Shown here piece by piece: positions 19,066 to 27,913 of a DNA stretch of 64,000 nucleotides. The stretch's first letter is position 1; every line of letters begins with the position of its first letter. Source of the DNA: an uncultured Alphaproteobacteria bacterium (GTDB lineage Bacteria > Pseudomonadota > Alphaproteobacteria > Rs-D84); assembly GCA_944389495.1 (NCBI GenBank), contig CALXMN010000001.1, forward strand, positions 7,551 through 71,550. Direction: 5' to 3'. Made by a program: the position numbers and the translations under genes. The notes under the pieces were generated by a model. It made no database searches. It was not told the origin of the DNA and saw only the letters and a program-made list of their open reading frames with translations.

Positions 19066-19296
19066 AAAAAGGGCGGGAATGCCCGAATTTGTGGAGATAA
19101 GATGGACATTCCCACGGCAGGTTACATATATTTGTAACAGGTGGTTGGAGGTTCAAAACTATATCAAGCAAATAGCGGAACTTATTCGATATATTCGTTC
19201 CCCTCCAACCCGATAAGCAATTGGTTGGCAGGATTTTAACGCAACCCGGTGCGCGCCTGATAGAGGTTTTGATGCCTCGCATTGATTCCCAATGCC
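19066..19296 (-). ncRNA. Stand-alone C4-antisense-like structured RNA, copy 3, with 3' hairpin exposing an anti-RBS loop
   Basis: Same stems as copies 1 and 2 with compensatory changes, loop GAATATATCGAATAA, CCTCCAACCACC; extended -10 TGTTATAAT upstream; 12-bp terminal stem with G-U pairs only on the minus strand, followed by CCTTTTT. Confidence 0.7.
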
Positions 19297-19380
19297 ATAT
19301 TATTATAACACGTTTAATTTTGCATTTCCAGAAAATAAAATACAAAACTTGCAAATGCGGGATAAATATCTTAAAATTTA

Positions 19381-21435
19381 ATGGCTATGAAATTCAAAAA
19401 ATTTTTACGTATTTTTCTGAATATATTGTTTTGGTGCTTTACATTTGGGATTGCGGCATTGGCGGTCTTGGTTTTTATTTATGGTAACGATTTGCCGGAT
19501 TACAAGAAATTGGCAACCTATGCCCCGCCGGTTGCAACCCGTCTTTACGCTTCGGACGGCAGTTTATTAATAGAATACGCCGAAGAACGTCGCGTATTCA
19601 TTGATTTTGAAGATTTGCCGCCCCAATTGGTTAATGCGTTTATCGCGGCCGAGGATCAAAATTTCTGGACACATCCCGGCATTGATGTCCAGGGTATAAC
19701 CCGTGCATTGGTAAATAATGGATTGCGTTTGGTCGGGTTTGATGCGCGTTTTTCGGGGGCATCCACCATCACGCAACAGGTTGCAAAAAACTTTTTCTTA
19801 ACATCTGAACGTACCATTTCGCGCAAGATAAAAGAGGCGATTTTGGCCCTGCGTCTGGAACGTACTTTTTCCAAAGAACATATTTTAACCCTTTATATGA
19901 ACCAGATATATTTGGGTGCGCGTGCATACGGCGTTGGTTCTGCGGCATTGATGTATTTTAACAAGCCTGTGTCGGACTTAACCTTGGCGGAATGTGCTTT
20001 TTTGGCGGCATTGCCCAAGGCGCCAAACAATCGTGATAACGCCATTGCGCGTCGAAACTATGTATTACGTCGTATGGTTGACGAAGGCTATATCACACAA
20101 TCTGCGGCGGATGCGGCCGCGGCCGAACCATTGAATATCAACAGTGGTTTTACCGCGCAAATGGATGCAGACTTTCAATATTTCGCCGAAGATGTTCGTC
20201 GTCAATTATTGGAAACATTGGGGCGCGAAACATTGTATAACCAGGGGCTTTATATCAAGACGACAATTGTTCCTGAATTCCAGCACGCCGCATCTGCGGC
20301 ATTAAATCGCGAACTGGATCGATATAATTCAATTCGTGGTGAAAACGAGCCGAAGTTACAAGGGGCAATTATTGCGATGAACCCGCACACAGGACGTATT
20401 GTTGCGATGTCTGGGGGGCGTTCCTTTGCCGAGAGTTCTTTTAATCGTGCAACCCAGGCAATGCGCCAAATTGGCAGTACGATAAAACCATTTGTATATT
20501 TGGCGGCACTGGAACAAGGTACCTCGCCCGAGGCATTAATTCTTGACGCACCGATTGTTGGCTGGCGCGAAGATAACTCGTTATGGAAACCGGAAAATTA
20601 CGATAAAAAATTTTTGGGTGATATACCGTTACGCTATGCATTGGAAACATCGCGCAATGTTCCGGCGGTTCGTATGGTGCAAAGTCTTGGGGTTGAAAAC
20701 GCCATAGAGGTTGCCCAGCGTTTCGGTGTCTATCCCCAGAATTTGGAAAATATAAATTTGTCATTGGCATTGGGGTCGGGCGAAACAACACTCCAGCGGT
20801 TGGTTTTGGGATATTCCGCGTTCGTAAATGGTGGTCACGTAATTCAACCGAAATTGGTTGATTATATCCAGGATCGTTATGGTCGTTCTTTGGATGGTCG
20901 TACGCCCCAGTTGATTGATTGGCAACCTGATTTGTTGCCACCCGAACGCGTTTCTGATGATTTGCCTTTGTCCGACCCACAAAGTTTATATCAAATGGTA
21001 TCAATATTACAGGGCACCGTTGAACGTGGTACCGGTCGCCAGGCACGTGTTCCCGGCCATACAATCGCGGGCAAGACCGGCACAACAAACGATGTCAAAG
21101 ATATATGGTTTGTTGGTTTTTCCAAGAATTTAATCGCGGGCGTTTATCTGGGGTTTGATATGCCGGCCCCATTGGGGCGTGGCGCAGGCAGTCATATGGC
21201 CGCGCGCGTATTCGCAGACTTTATGAAAACTGCCCTGGCGAATGAAAAGAATCAACCGTTTTCTGTCCCGGATGGTATGACCTTTGTTCGTGTTAATCGG
21301 ATGAGTGGCGCCGCCGCCGCCGATGACCCCAATGGCACCATTATTACCGAGGCATTTAAACCCGGGCAAAAACCGAATCCGGCCCCGCATAAGACTGCGG
21401 CACAATCCGGTCCGTCCGTTGGCGGAATATTTTAA
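19381..21435 (+). CDS. mrcA: Penicillin-binding protein 1A (bifunctional transglycosylase/transpeptidase)
   Basis: AEDQNF..HPG, GASTITQQVAKN, RKIKE, STIK, SRN, KTG motifs; start may be ATG 19387. Confidence 0.93.
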   Translation: MAMKFKKFLRIFLNILFWCFTFGIAALAVLVFIYGNDLPDYKKLATYAPPVATRLYASDGSLLIEYAEERRVFIDFEDLPPQLVNAFIAAEDQNFWTHPGIDVQGITRALVNNGLRLVGFDARFSGASTITQQVAKNFFLTSERTISRKIKEAILALRLERTFSKEHILTLYMNQIYLGARAYGVGSAALMYFNKPVSDLTLAECAFLAALPKAPNNRDNAIARRNYVLRRMVDEGYITQSAADAAAAEPLNINSGFTAQMDADFQYFAEDVRRQLLETLGRETLYNQGLYIKTTIVPEFQHAASAALNRELDRYNSIRGENEPKLQGAIIAMNPHTGRIVAMSGGRSFAESSFNRATQAMRQIGSTIKPFVYLAALEQGTSPEALILDAPIVGWREDNSLWKPENYDKKFLGDIPLRYALETSRNVPAVRMVQSLGVENAIEVAQRFGVYPQNLENINLSLALGSGETTLQRLVLGYSAFVNGGHVIQPKLVDYIQDRYGRSLDGRTPQLIDWQPDLLPPERVSDDLPLSDPQSLYQMVSILQGTVERGTGRQARVPGHTIAGKTGTTNDVKDIWFVGFSKNLIAGVYLGFDMPAPLGRGAGSHMAARVFADFMKTALANEKNQPFSVPDGMTFVRVNRMSGAAAADDPNGTIITEAFKPGQKPNPAPHKTAAQSGPSVGGIF

Positions 21436-21449
21436 AAATGGGGGAAAAG

Positions 21450-21743
21450 ATGAAACGTTTTATGTTGATGTTTTTGATGGCAATGACATTGGTTGCGTGT
21501 AATAAAAAAGATTCCACGATTGTTTGTGGTGATTATGATGTAACAATAAATATGGCCGCGGATGGCGAAACAATAACTGCGGTTATAAACGGCGACGAAA
21601 TGACATTACAACACGCGATTTCAGCATCTGGGGCGCGATATGTCGGCGAATTAAATGATACCGTTGTGACATTATGGAACCAGGGCACGGAATGGACGCT
21701 GTTTTTTAACGAAGATGTACCAATTTCGTGTACTATTAAATAA
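21450..21743 (+). CDS. MliC/PliC family lysozyme-inhibitor lipoprotein
   Basis: Lipobox LVAC; ISASGARY and LWNQG motifs. Confidence 0.8.
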   Translation: MKRFMLMFLMAMTLVACNKKDSTIVCGDYDVTINMAADGETITAVINGDEMTLQHAISASGARYVGELNDTVVTLWNQGTEWTLFFNEDVPISCTIK

Positions 21744-21797
21744 TTTTGGCTTTGTAATATTTATGTGATAGAATGTCAGCATAAGAAGGAGAATTTT

Positions 21798-22886
21798 ATG
21801 CTGACATCTTTGTTTTTGGAACGTGGGGCGACTTTTTTTGCCAGTGGTTGGACCCAGTTTGCGGCGGCATTCGGATTTGCGTTTTTAATCGTGTTAATAT
21901 TCGGTCGCCCATTTATAAATATGATGCATCGTATCCAAAAACGGGGCCAGCCAATCAGCGAAAATGTTCCAAGTGTTCATCGGCAAAAGGCCGGAACACC
22001 ATCGATGGGTGGTTTGTTAATAATTACGGCAATAATAATCCCCAGTATTTTGTTTATGCCTGTTTTTAATCCGACGGGTTGGATTGCATTATTGTCGCTG
22101 GTAATGTTTGGGGCGATTGGTTTTGTGGATGATTATAAAAAAATATCATCTCAATCGCACAAGGCATCAAACGGACTGTCGCCGTTAACCCGTCTTGGGC
22201 TCGAAGCGGTATGTGTTATCATCTTGGCGTATTTAATAAACCGCACAATTCCGCTGTATATCCCGGAATTGTCTTTGGCGTTACCATTTGGAATAATTTT
22301 GTCGTTGGGAATATGGTATTACGTGTTTGCGTATTTTGTAATCGCAGGCAGTGCAAATGCCACAAACATAACCGATGGCTTGGATGGTATGTTGGCCAAG
22401 TTATATATGCCGGTTTTGGTTGTGTTGGTTGTTGCGCTTTATGGTGCGACGCGAATTGGTTTTATGGATACGGTTATGTTTCTGCCGACGGCCAGCGGCC
22501 TGTACGCGGTTTTGGGCGCGGCATTTGGTGCGGTTCTTGGGTTTTTGTGGTTTAATGCAAAGCCGGCGTCAATTTTTATGGGCGATGTTGGTTCGTTGGC
22601 ATTGGGCGGATTTATGGGTACGGTCGCGATGTTGTTAAAGTCGGAAATAATAATGGCTATTGCGGCGGGAATGATGGTTTTAATTTTGCTGTCATCATTT
22701 ATCCAGACAATGTATTTCAAGATTTCGCGCAAGATTACCGGTACTGGGCGTCGTGTATTTCTGCGTGCGCCATTACATCATCATTTTGAAGAATTGGGAT
22801 GGCCAGAAACCAAGATTGTTGAACGATTTTTCGTGATGTCTGTTTTGTTTTCTGGGCTGGCGTTGGTGTTATTAAAATTCGCATAA
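21798..22886 (+). CDS. mraY: Phospho-N-acetylmuramoyl-pentapeptide transferase
   Basis: KAGTPSMGG, DDYKK, NITDGLDG, FMGDVGS, APLHHHFE. Confidence 0.96.
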   Translation: MLTSLFLERGATFFASGWTQFAAAFGFAFLIVLIFGRPFINMMHRIQKRGQPISENVPSVHRQKAGTPSMGGLLIITAIIIPSILFMPVFNPTGWIALLSLVMFGAIGFVDDYKKISSQSHKASNGLSPLTRLGLEAVCVIILAYLINRTIPLYIPELSLALPFGIILSLGIWYYVFAYFVIAGSANATNITDGLDGMLAKLYMPVLVVLVVALYGATRIGFMDTVMFLPTASGLYAVLGAAFGAVLGFLWFNAKPASIFMGDVGSLALGGFMGTVAMLLKSEIIMAIAAGMMVLILLSSFIQTMYFKISRKITGTGRRVFLRAPLHHHFEELGWPETKIVERFFVMSVLFSGLALVLLKFA

Positions 22887-22887
22887 G

Positions 22888-24033
22888 TTGAAAATGTTAC
22901 GAACCGAAGAAAGTAAACTTACCAGTTGGTATTTTGAAACAGACCGTAAATTATTGGTCTATGTACTGGTTATGATGGTAATCAGTGTAATTTGTATGAT
23001 TTCCGCCGGGTCGGTTGCGGCGGAACGTCTTGGACATCCGTGGAATTATTATATTGTCAAGGCAATTCCTTTTTATATCCTGGGGGTTATCTTTTTGCTG
23101 GGGTCCAGTATGTTGTCCAAGAAATGGGTTATGTGGCTGTCGTGGGCAAATGTTGGTGTTGGGTTACTGCTGCTGTTGGTTACATTGATTGCGCCACATA
23201 CCATAAACGGTTCAGACAGATTTGTGTCTTTGATGGGATTGGCGAATGTTATGCCCGCAGATATTATGAAGCCCGGGTTTATAATTATTACGGCCTGGTT
23301 TTTATCCAAGATGCGTGATACATACGGTGACGATATATTTTTCAATCGTGCGGCGTGGCGTTTTCGGTGGCTGTCTTGGTGGCCATATCTGGCGACCTTT
23401 GCGGTTGCATTGTTGATAATCTTTTCGCATCCAGATTTGGGAACGGCAATTTTATATTTAACGGTTTTGGGCGCGATGCTGTTTATTGCGGGGTTACCAT
23501 TGATAATGATACCTGTGATTGCAATGGCTGGATTGGGATTGTTAACGGTGGCGTTTTTCACAATGTCGCACGTTCATAATAGAATAATTTCATTTTTTAC
23601 CGGCACAGGTGACACGTACCAGGTTACGCAATCAATGCAGTCGATACAAAATGGCGGCTTGTTTGGCCAGGGTGACGGTTCGTTTGTAAAGCAATCATTG
23701 CCGGATGCGCACACAGATTTTATCTTTGCCGCGATTGCCGAAGATGCGGGTGCGATATTGGCGTGTGCATTAATTGTGTTCTTGATGTTGGTTCTGCGCC
23801 GTTTGATTGTGAACGCGTGCAATGCGCGTGACAAGTTTGTGTTATATGCCGCGGGTGGTGCGGCGGCACTGTTCGGAACCCAGGTTTGTATAAATCTGAT
23901 GTCTACGTTAAATTTATTTGCGCCCAAGGGTATGACGTTGCCATTTATTTCATATGGGGGCAGTTCGTTGTTATCGTTCTGTTTGCTGTTTGGTTTTATT
24001 ATGGCAATTGTTCGTGAAGACAAATGGAAATAA
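22888..24033 (+). CDS. ftsW: SEDS peptidoglycan polymerase FtsW
   Basis: PDLG, LPDAHTDFIFA, KGMTLPFISYGGSS; lies between mraY and murG. Confidence 0.92.
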   Translation: MKMLRTEESKLTSWYFETDRKLLVYVLVMMVISVICMISAGSVAAERLGHPWNYYIVKAIPFYILGVIFLLGSSMLSKKWVMWLSWANVGVGLLLLLVTLIAPHTINGSDRFVSLMGLANVMPADIMKPGFIIITAWFLSKMRDTYGDDIFFNRAAWRFRWLSWWPYLATFAVALLIIFSHPDLGTAILYLTVLGAMLFIAGLPLIMIPVIAMAGLGLLTVAFFTMSHVHNRIISFFTGTGDTYQVTQSMQSIQNGGLFGQGDGSFVKQSLPDAHTDFIFAAIAEDAGAILACALIVFLMLVLRRLIVNACNARDKFVLYAAGGAAALFGTQVCINLMSTLNLFAPKGMTLPFISYGGSSLLSFCLLFGFIMAIVREDKWK

Positions 24034-24048
24034 ATTGGGGGATTTAAA

Positions 24049-25095
24049 ATGAAGATTTGGATTGCAACGGGTGGAACCGGTGGACACGTTTTTCCCGCAC
24101 TAAGTGTGGCCCAAGAATTATCCGCACGTGGCCATAAAATTATTATATCAACCGATGGGCGTGTTCGTAAAATGGTTCGTGACGGTGCGCCACGTGGTTC
24201 GGGCGTTGTGTCTGTATGGGCATCTGGTGTTGGTGGCAAAGGACGTATGCATCAAATTATGGCGTTGTTTAAAATTGCGGTATCTGCGATATGGTTATCG
24301 TTGCGTTTTGGGATTACGCGTCCTGAACGTGTGGTTGCGTTTGGCGGATATGCATCTGTGGCACCGGTGTTTGCGGCGCATTTGTGGAAAATTCCAACAT
24401 ATTTGCACGAACAGAATGCGGCAATTGGTCGTGCGAACAAATTTACAATGCGCTGGGTCAGGACATTGATGACCAGTTTTCCAAACGTTGACGGAATTCC
24501 AACCAATACATCTGTGCGTGTGGTGTATACAGGATTACCGGTGCGTCGTGAAATTTTGGCACGTGCGGGCGCGCCTTTGCCAAATGGTGCGCATTTGTTG
24601 GTGACGGGCGGTTCGTTGGGTGCCCAGATTTTGGATGATGTCGTTCCAACCGCAATTTTACAAATGAAAAATAAAAAGATTTTTGTGACACATCAAACGC
24701 GCCCTGAAAATGTTGCACGCCTTCAAAAGTTATATGCAGACAATAAAATACGCGCAAATGTTTTGTCGTTTATTCACGATATGGCGGGCGCAATTGCAAA
24801 TTCTGATTTGATAATCGGCCGCAGCGGTGCCAGCACGGTTGTTGAATTGGAAACAATCGGTCGTGCGGCAATATTGGTACCATTAAATATCAATCCAGAC
24901 CAGGCGGCCAATGCGGCCAGTTTTGCGCGTCTTGGCGGCGGCTTTGCGGTGCCCCAGGAAAAGTTTACGCCAAAATGGTTGGCGTCAACATTAACCGAAC
25001 TGTTCGATAATCCATCACGCTTGGAAAAAATGGCCAAGAAAGCATTGGTTCCAAACAATGCAGTAAAAATAATTTGTGATGAAATAACAAAATAA
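24049..25095 (+). CDS. murG: MurG glycosyltransferase
   Basis: GGTGGHVFP, FGGYAS, HEQN, GGSLGA, RSGAST. Confidence 0.96.
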   Translation: MKIWIATGGTGGHVFPALSVAQELSARGHKIIISTDGRVRKMVRDGAPRGSGVVSVWASGVGGKGRMHQIMALFKIAVSAIWLSLRFGITRPERVVAFGGYASVAPVFAAHLWKIPTYLHEQNAAIGRANKFTMRWVRTLMTSFPNVDGIPTNTSVRVVYTGLPVRREILARAGAPLPNGAHLLVTGGSLGAQILDDVVPTAILQMKNKKIFVTHQTRPENVARLQKLYADNKIRANVLSFIHDMAGAIANSDLIIGRSGASTVVELETIGRAAILVPLNINPDQAANAASFARLGGGFAVPQEKFTPKWLASTLTELFDNPSRLEKMAKKALVPNNAVKIICDEITK

Positions 25096-25169
25096 TTTGT
25101 TTGATGCATTTTTCCACTTGCGCCCGATTCGTCATTTGTTCTATGATAAATACAGGAAGGAAAGGAAAA

Positions 25170-26639
25170 ATGCGACAGATTGCAATTTCTGTGTTATCGC
25201 TGTTTATTGCGTTGCCGGCATTTGCGGATGTTCGTTTGCCGGTTGTAAATATTGCTGCGGGCGGGATTTCGGCGCGTGCCGCATTTGGTGAACCGATTGT
25301 TCCAACACAATCTGTAACGCCAAAATCGACCGGAACTGTCGCATCAAATTCAACAAAAGATACAAAAAAATTGGCCCAAGATTCTGTGAACGTGGCGGAC
25401 ACGGCCGCGCGTGCCGTTGTACCCGCAAGGCCGGAAACGCTTGTGGCCACGGCGGATGCGGCGGATACGGGCGAACAAATTATTGCGGATGCGGATGTTT
25501 TGACACCGCGCCGGCCCAGTTCTGATTTATGGGCGCACGCATCGGTTGGTGATGTGGTACCGTTGCGTTTACCCACACCGGACGAGTTTTCGGTTATCCG
25601 TTCTGATGCCACATTACCGGAAGAGAATTTGGATAATACCGCCAAGACGACGCAAACACGTGTTGCCGTGGCGCCGGTTAATAAACCTGTGTCGGTAAAT
25701 ACAGAAACGACGTCCCGTGCGGTGTCGGAACCACTGTCTGAATTGGATGCCCAGATTGCGCGCCTGAACGAATTACAGCGTCGTGCCGACGAAAGTGTAC
25801 GTGAAGATTTTGCCCGGGCTAACCCCGCACCACGTGCGGCAACGGTCGTGGACCAAAACGTTACGACGCGTCGAAATGTTGTTGCGCGCCCAACCGTGTC
25901 GCGTGCCGCAAATATTGATGTGGCGCCCCGTGTTGCGCGTTCAGATGTGGACGATTATTCCCCCAACGATACAGATGATGTAACTTTGTCGCAAATGGTT
26001 GTACCAATGGATGATATGACCGATGACGTTGTTGTTCGCGCGGTAAAAAAGGCAGAATCCCCACGCATCGCATCTGTTCGTAATGATATGACACAAATGA
26101 GCCCCAGTGAATTACGCAAGGCGTTCAGAAAAACATTTTTATCTGAAAACAAACATTTGTCCACATTCCAAATAGACGATCGTTTTGACGTGGCCAGTGA
26201 TATGACCGCCAACGCCGCAGGTTTTACGTCTGCGCGTGATTTGTCCGAAACGGGTGGTATTCGTCCATTGGAAATCAAGATAAAGTTCCGTAATGATGAT
26301 GCGGCATTGTCGCGTGATAATTATAATTTGTTAACCGAATATGCGGGAATTGTGTTAAGCAATCCAACACGTGCGGTCCAGGTTTCAATTCCGCAAAGTG
26401 TAACGACCGACAAAGATGATCGTAAATTGGCGGCGCGTCGTTTGGCCATCATAGAACAGGTGTTACGTGATAACGGTATTTCCGAACAACGTATTTTACC
26501 TGTCTTGTCCCAACGGGACGAGGAGGGATTGGTTCTGCGTATGATTTCTTTGGATCAATATGAAACATTGACCCGTCAACAGCGTGATATATTTGGCGAC
26601 ACAATCAGCAAAAAAACCTACAGAAGTATGTCGTGGTAA
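25170..26639 (+). CDS. Exported protein with low-complexity region and C-terminal OmpA-like domain
   Basis: AAAGGAAAA RBS, signal peptide, IKFRNDDAALS...LAARRLAIIEQVL..NGIS..RI resembles OmpA_C. Confidence 0.6.
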   Translation: MRQIAISVLSLFIALPAFADVRLPVVNIAAGGISARAAFGEPIVPTQSVTPKSTGTVASNSTKDTKKLAQDSVNVADTAARAVVPARPETLVATADAADTGEQIIADADVLTPRRPSSDLWAHASVGDVVPLRLPTPDEFSVIRSDATLPEENLDNTAKTTQTRVAVAPVNKPVSVNTETTSRAVSEPLSELDAQIARLNELQRRADESVREDFARANPAPRAATVVDQNVTTRRNVVARPTVSRAANIDVAPRVARSDVDDYSPNDTDDVTLSQMVVPMDDMTDDVVVRAVKKAESPRIASVRNDMTQMSPSELRKAFRKTFLSENKHLSTFQIDDRFDVASDMTANAAGFTSARDLSETGGIRPLEIKIKFRNDDAALSRDNYNLLTEYAGIVLSNPTRAVQVSIPQSVTTDKDDRKLAARRLAIIEQVLRDNGISEQRILPVLSQRDEEGLVLRMISLDQYETLTRQQRDIFGDTISKKTYRSMSW

Positions 26640-27391
26640 GTCCGTATATGGAACGCGTGACCAAGTTTGTTTCAGGTGTCACGCGTTTTTCAATTGAATT
26701 TTTATTTCCGTCTGCGTGTCCATTGTGTGATGCGCCTGTATCTGTGGACGGCGAATTGTGTGCAGATTGTTGGACATCTTTTAATTGGATTGGGCGTCCC
26801 TGTTGTGTACGGTGTGGTTATCCGTTTCCGGCGGATTTGGATTTAGGCACGCGTCCGTTGTGTCCAAAATGTGCGTCGGGTGAAACTTCGTTGGACTTTA
26901 TTCGCAGTGCGTGTGTTTATGATGATGTATCGCGTTTGGCAATGTTGCCGTTCAAGCACGGCGGTCGTATTCGTTATGCGTCGTTTATGTCGCGTGCAAT
27001 GATGTGGGCGCTGCGTGATATTGATGTTCAGCCAGATATTATATTGCCGGTTCCATTGGCGTATCGTCGTTTGTTTCATCGTGGTTATAACCAGGCGGCA
27101 TTATTGGCGCGGCCGATTGCGCGTGCGTATGGTGTAACAATGGATTTGGATTGTGTTCGTCGCGAATACAGGCCTGATATGGGACACAAAAGTGCGCCCC
27201 AGCGTGCGGAAAATATTCGTGGTGTATTTCGCGTTATTCATCCGGATGCGGTTCGCGGTCGCCGCATTTTGTTGGTTGACGATGTTATGACAACGGGCGC
27301 GACATTTTCAGAATTGTCACGTGTATTAAGAAATGCGGGTGCCACGGCCGTATATGGTGTAACATTTTGTCGTGCGGCACGCGCAATATGA
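26633..27391 (+). CDS. comF: ComF family competence protein
   Basis: Double zinc ribbon, RGYNQA, LLVDDVMTTGAT. Confidence 0.92.
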   Translation: MVSPYMERVTKFVSGVTRFSIEFLFPSACPLCDAPVSVDGELCADCWTSFNWIGRPCCVRCGYPFPADLDLGTRPLCPKCASGETSLDFIRSACVYDDVSRLAMLPFKHGGRIRYASFMSRAMMWALRDIDVQPDIILPVPLAYRRLFHRGYNQAALLARPIARAYGVTMDLDCVRREYRPDMGHKSAPQRAENIRGVFRVIHPDAVRGRRILLVDDVMTTGATFSELSRVLRNAGATAVYGVTFCRAARAI

Positions 27392-27399
27392 AATCGGAT

Positions 27400-27798
27400 T
27401 TATTGCATACGCTGGTTATATTTATTTATAAAGGATTTCAACATATGATGCTTGTGGCTTTGTAATTCTTGGCGTATCACCTGGACCGAGCATAAATAGG
27501 CCAGTAATTCCAGTTGGTCGGCCAAATTTTTTATTTTTGTTGGATCCTTTGGAATGCTTGGTGTGTTGAATACTGGTTTTATGGCACGTGCGAACTGCTC
27601 GTTATCAGAAAACATTTCGTATTCTATATAGCAATTTTGTGGATCTGTATGTGAAAATCGTGTGCATAAATCTATGGTTACGTTATTTCCCCCATCGGTC
27701 ATTTCGAATGAATAAATTGACTCGGTCGGCGAGTTAATCGCCGAAACATACGATTTTTGTATCAATTCACATAATAAATAAAACAAATAAATTGGCAT
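27400..27798 (-). CDS. Hypothetical protein
   Basis: 132-aa ORF filling the gap, AT-rich. Confidence 0.55.
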   Translation of the reverse strand: MPIYLFYLLCELIQKSYVSAINSPTESIYSFEMTDGGNNVTIDLCTRFSHTDPQNCYIEYEMFSDNEQFARAIKPVFNTPSIPKDPTKIKNLADQLELLAYLCSVQVIRQELQSHKHHMLKSFINKYNQRMQ

Positions 27799-27913
27799 AG
27801 CGGTTGTTATCGTATTACAAATATTTCTTTTGTCAAGCGTTGTATAACAATGCCTTGAATTTTGTTTTTTATCTGGTACGATTTACGGGTATTAATTTTT
27901 ATGGGATATTACG

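Noticed and set aside
19073-19115. Possible invertible RBS segment between 12-bp inverted repeats
   Set aside because: The 19-bp spacer is too short for typical recombinases, none is nearby, and inversion would open only a very short ORF.
19019-19487. ORFs 19019-19354, 19034-19216, 19221-19487 and the mini-ORF GGAGATAAG-ATG MDIPTAGYIYL at 19102
   Set aside because: No recognisable protein features. The region is explained by the minus-strand structured RNA, whose stems have A-C mismatches on the plus strand.
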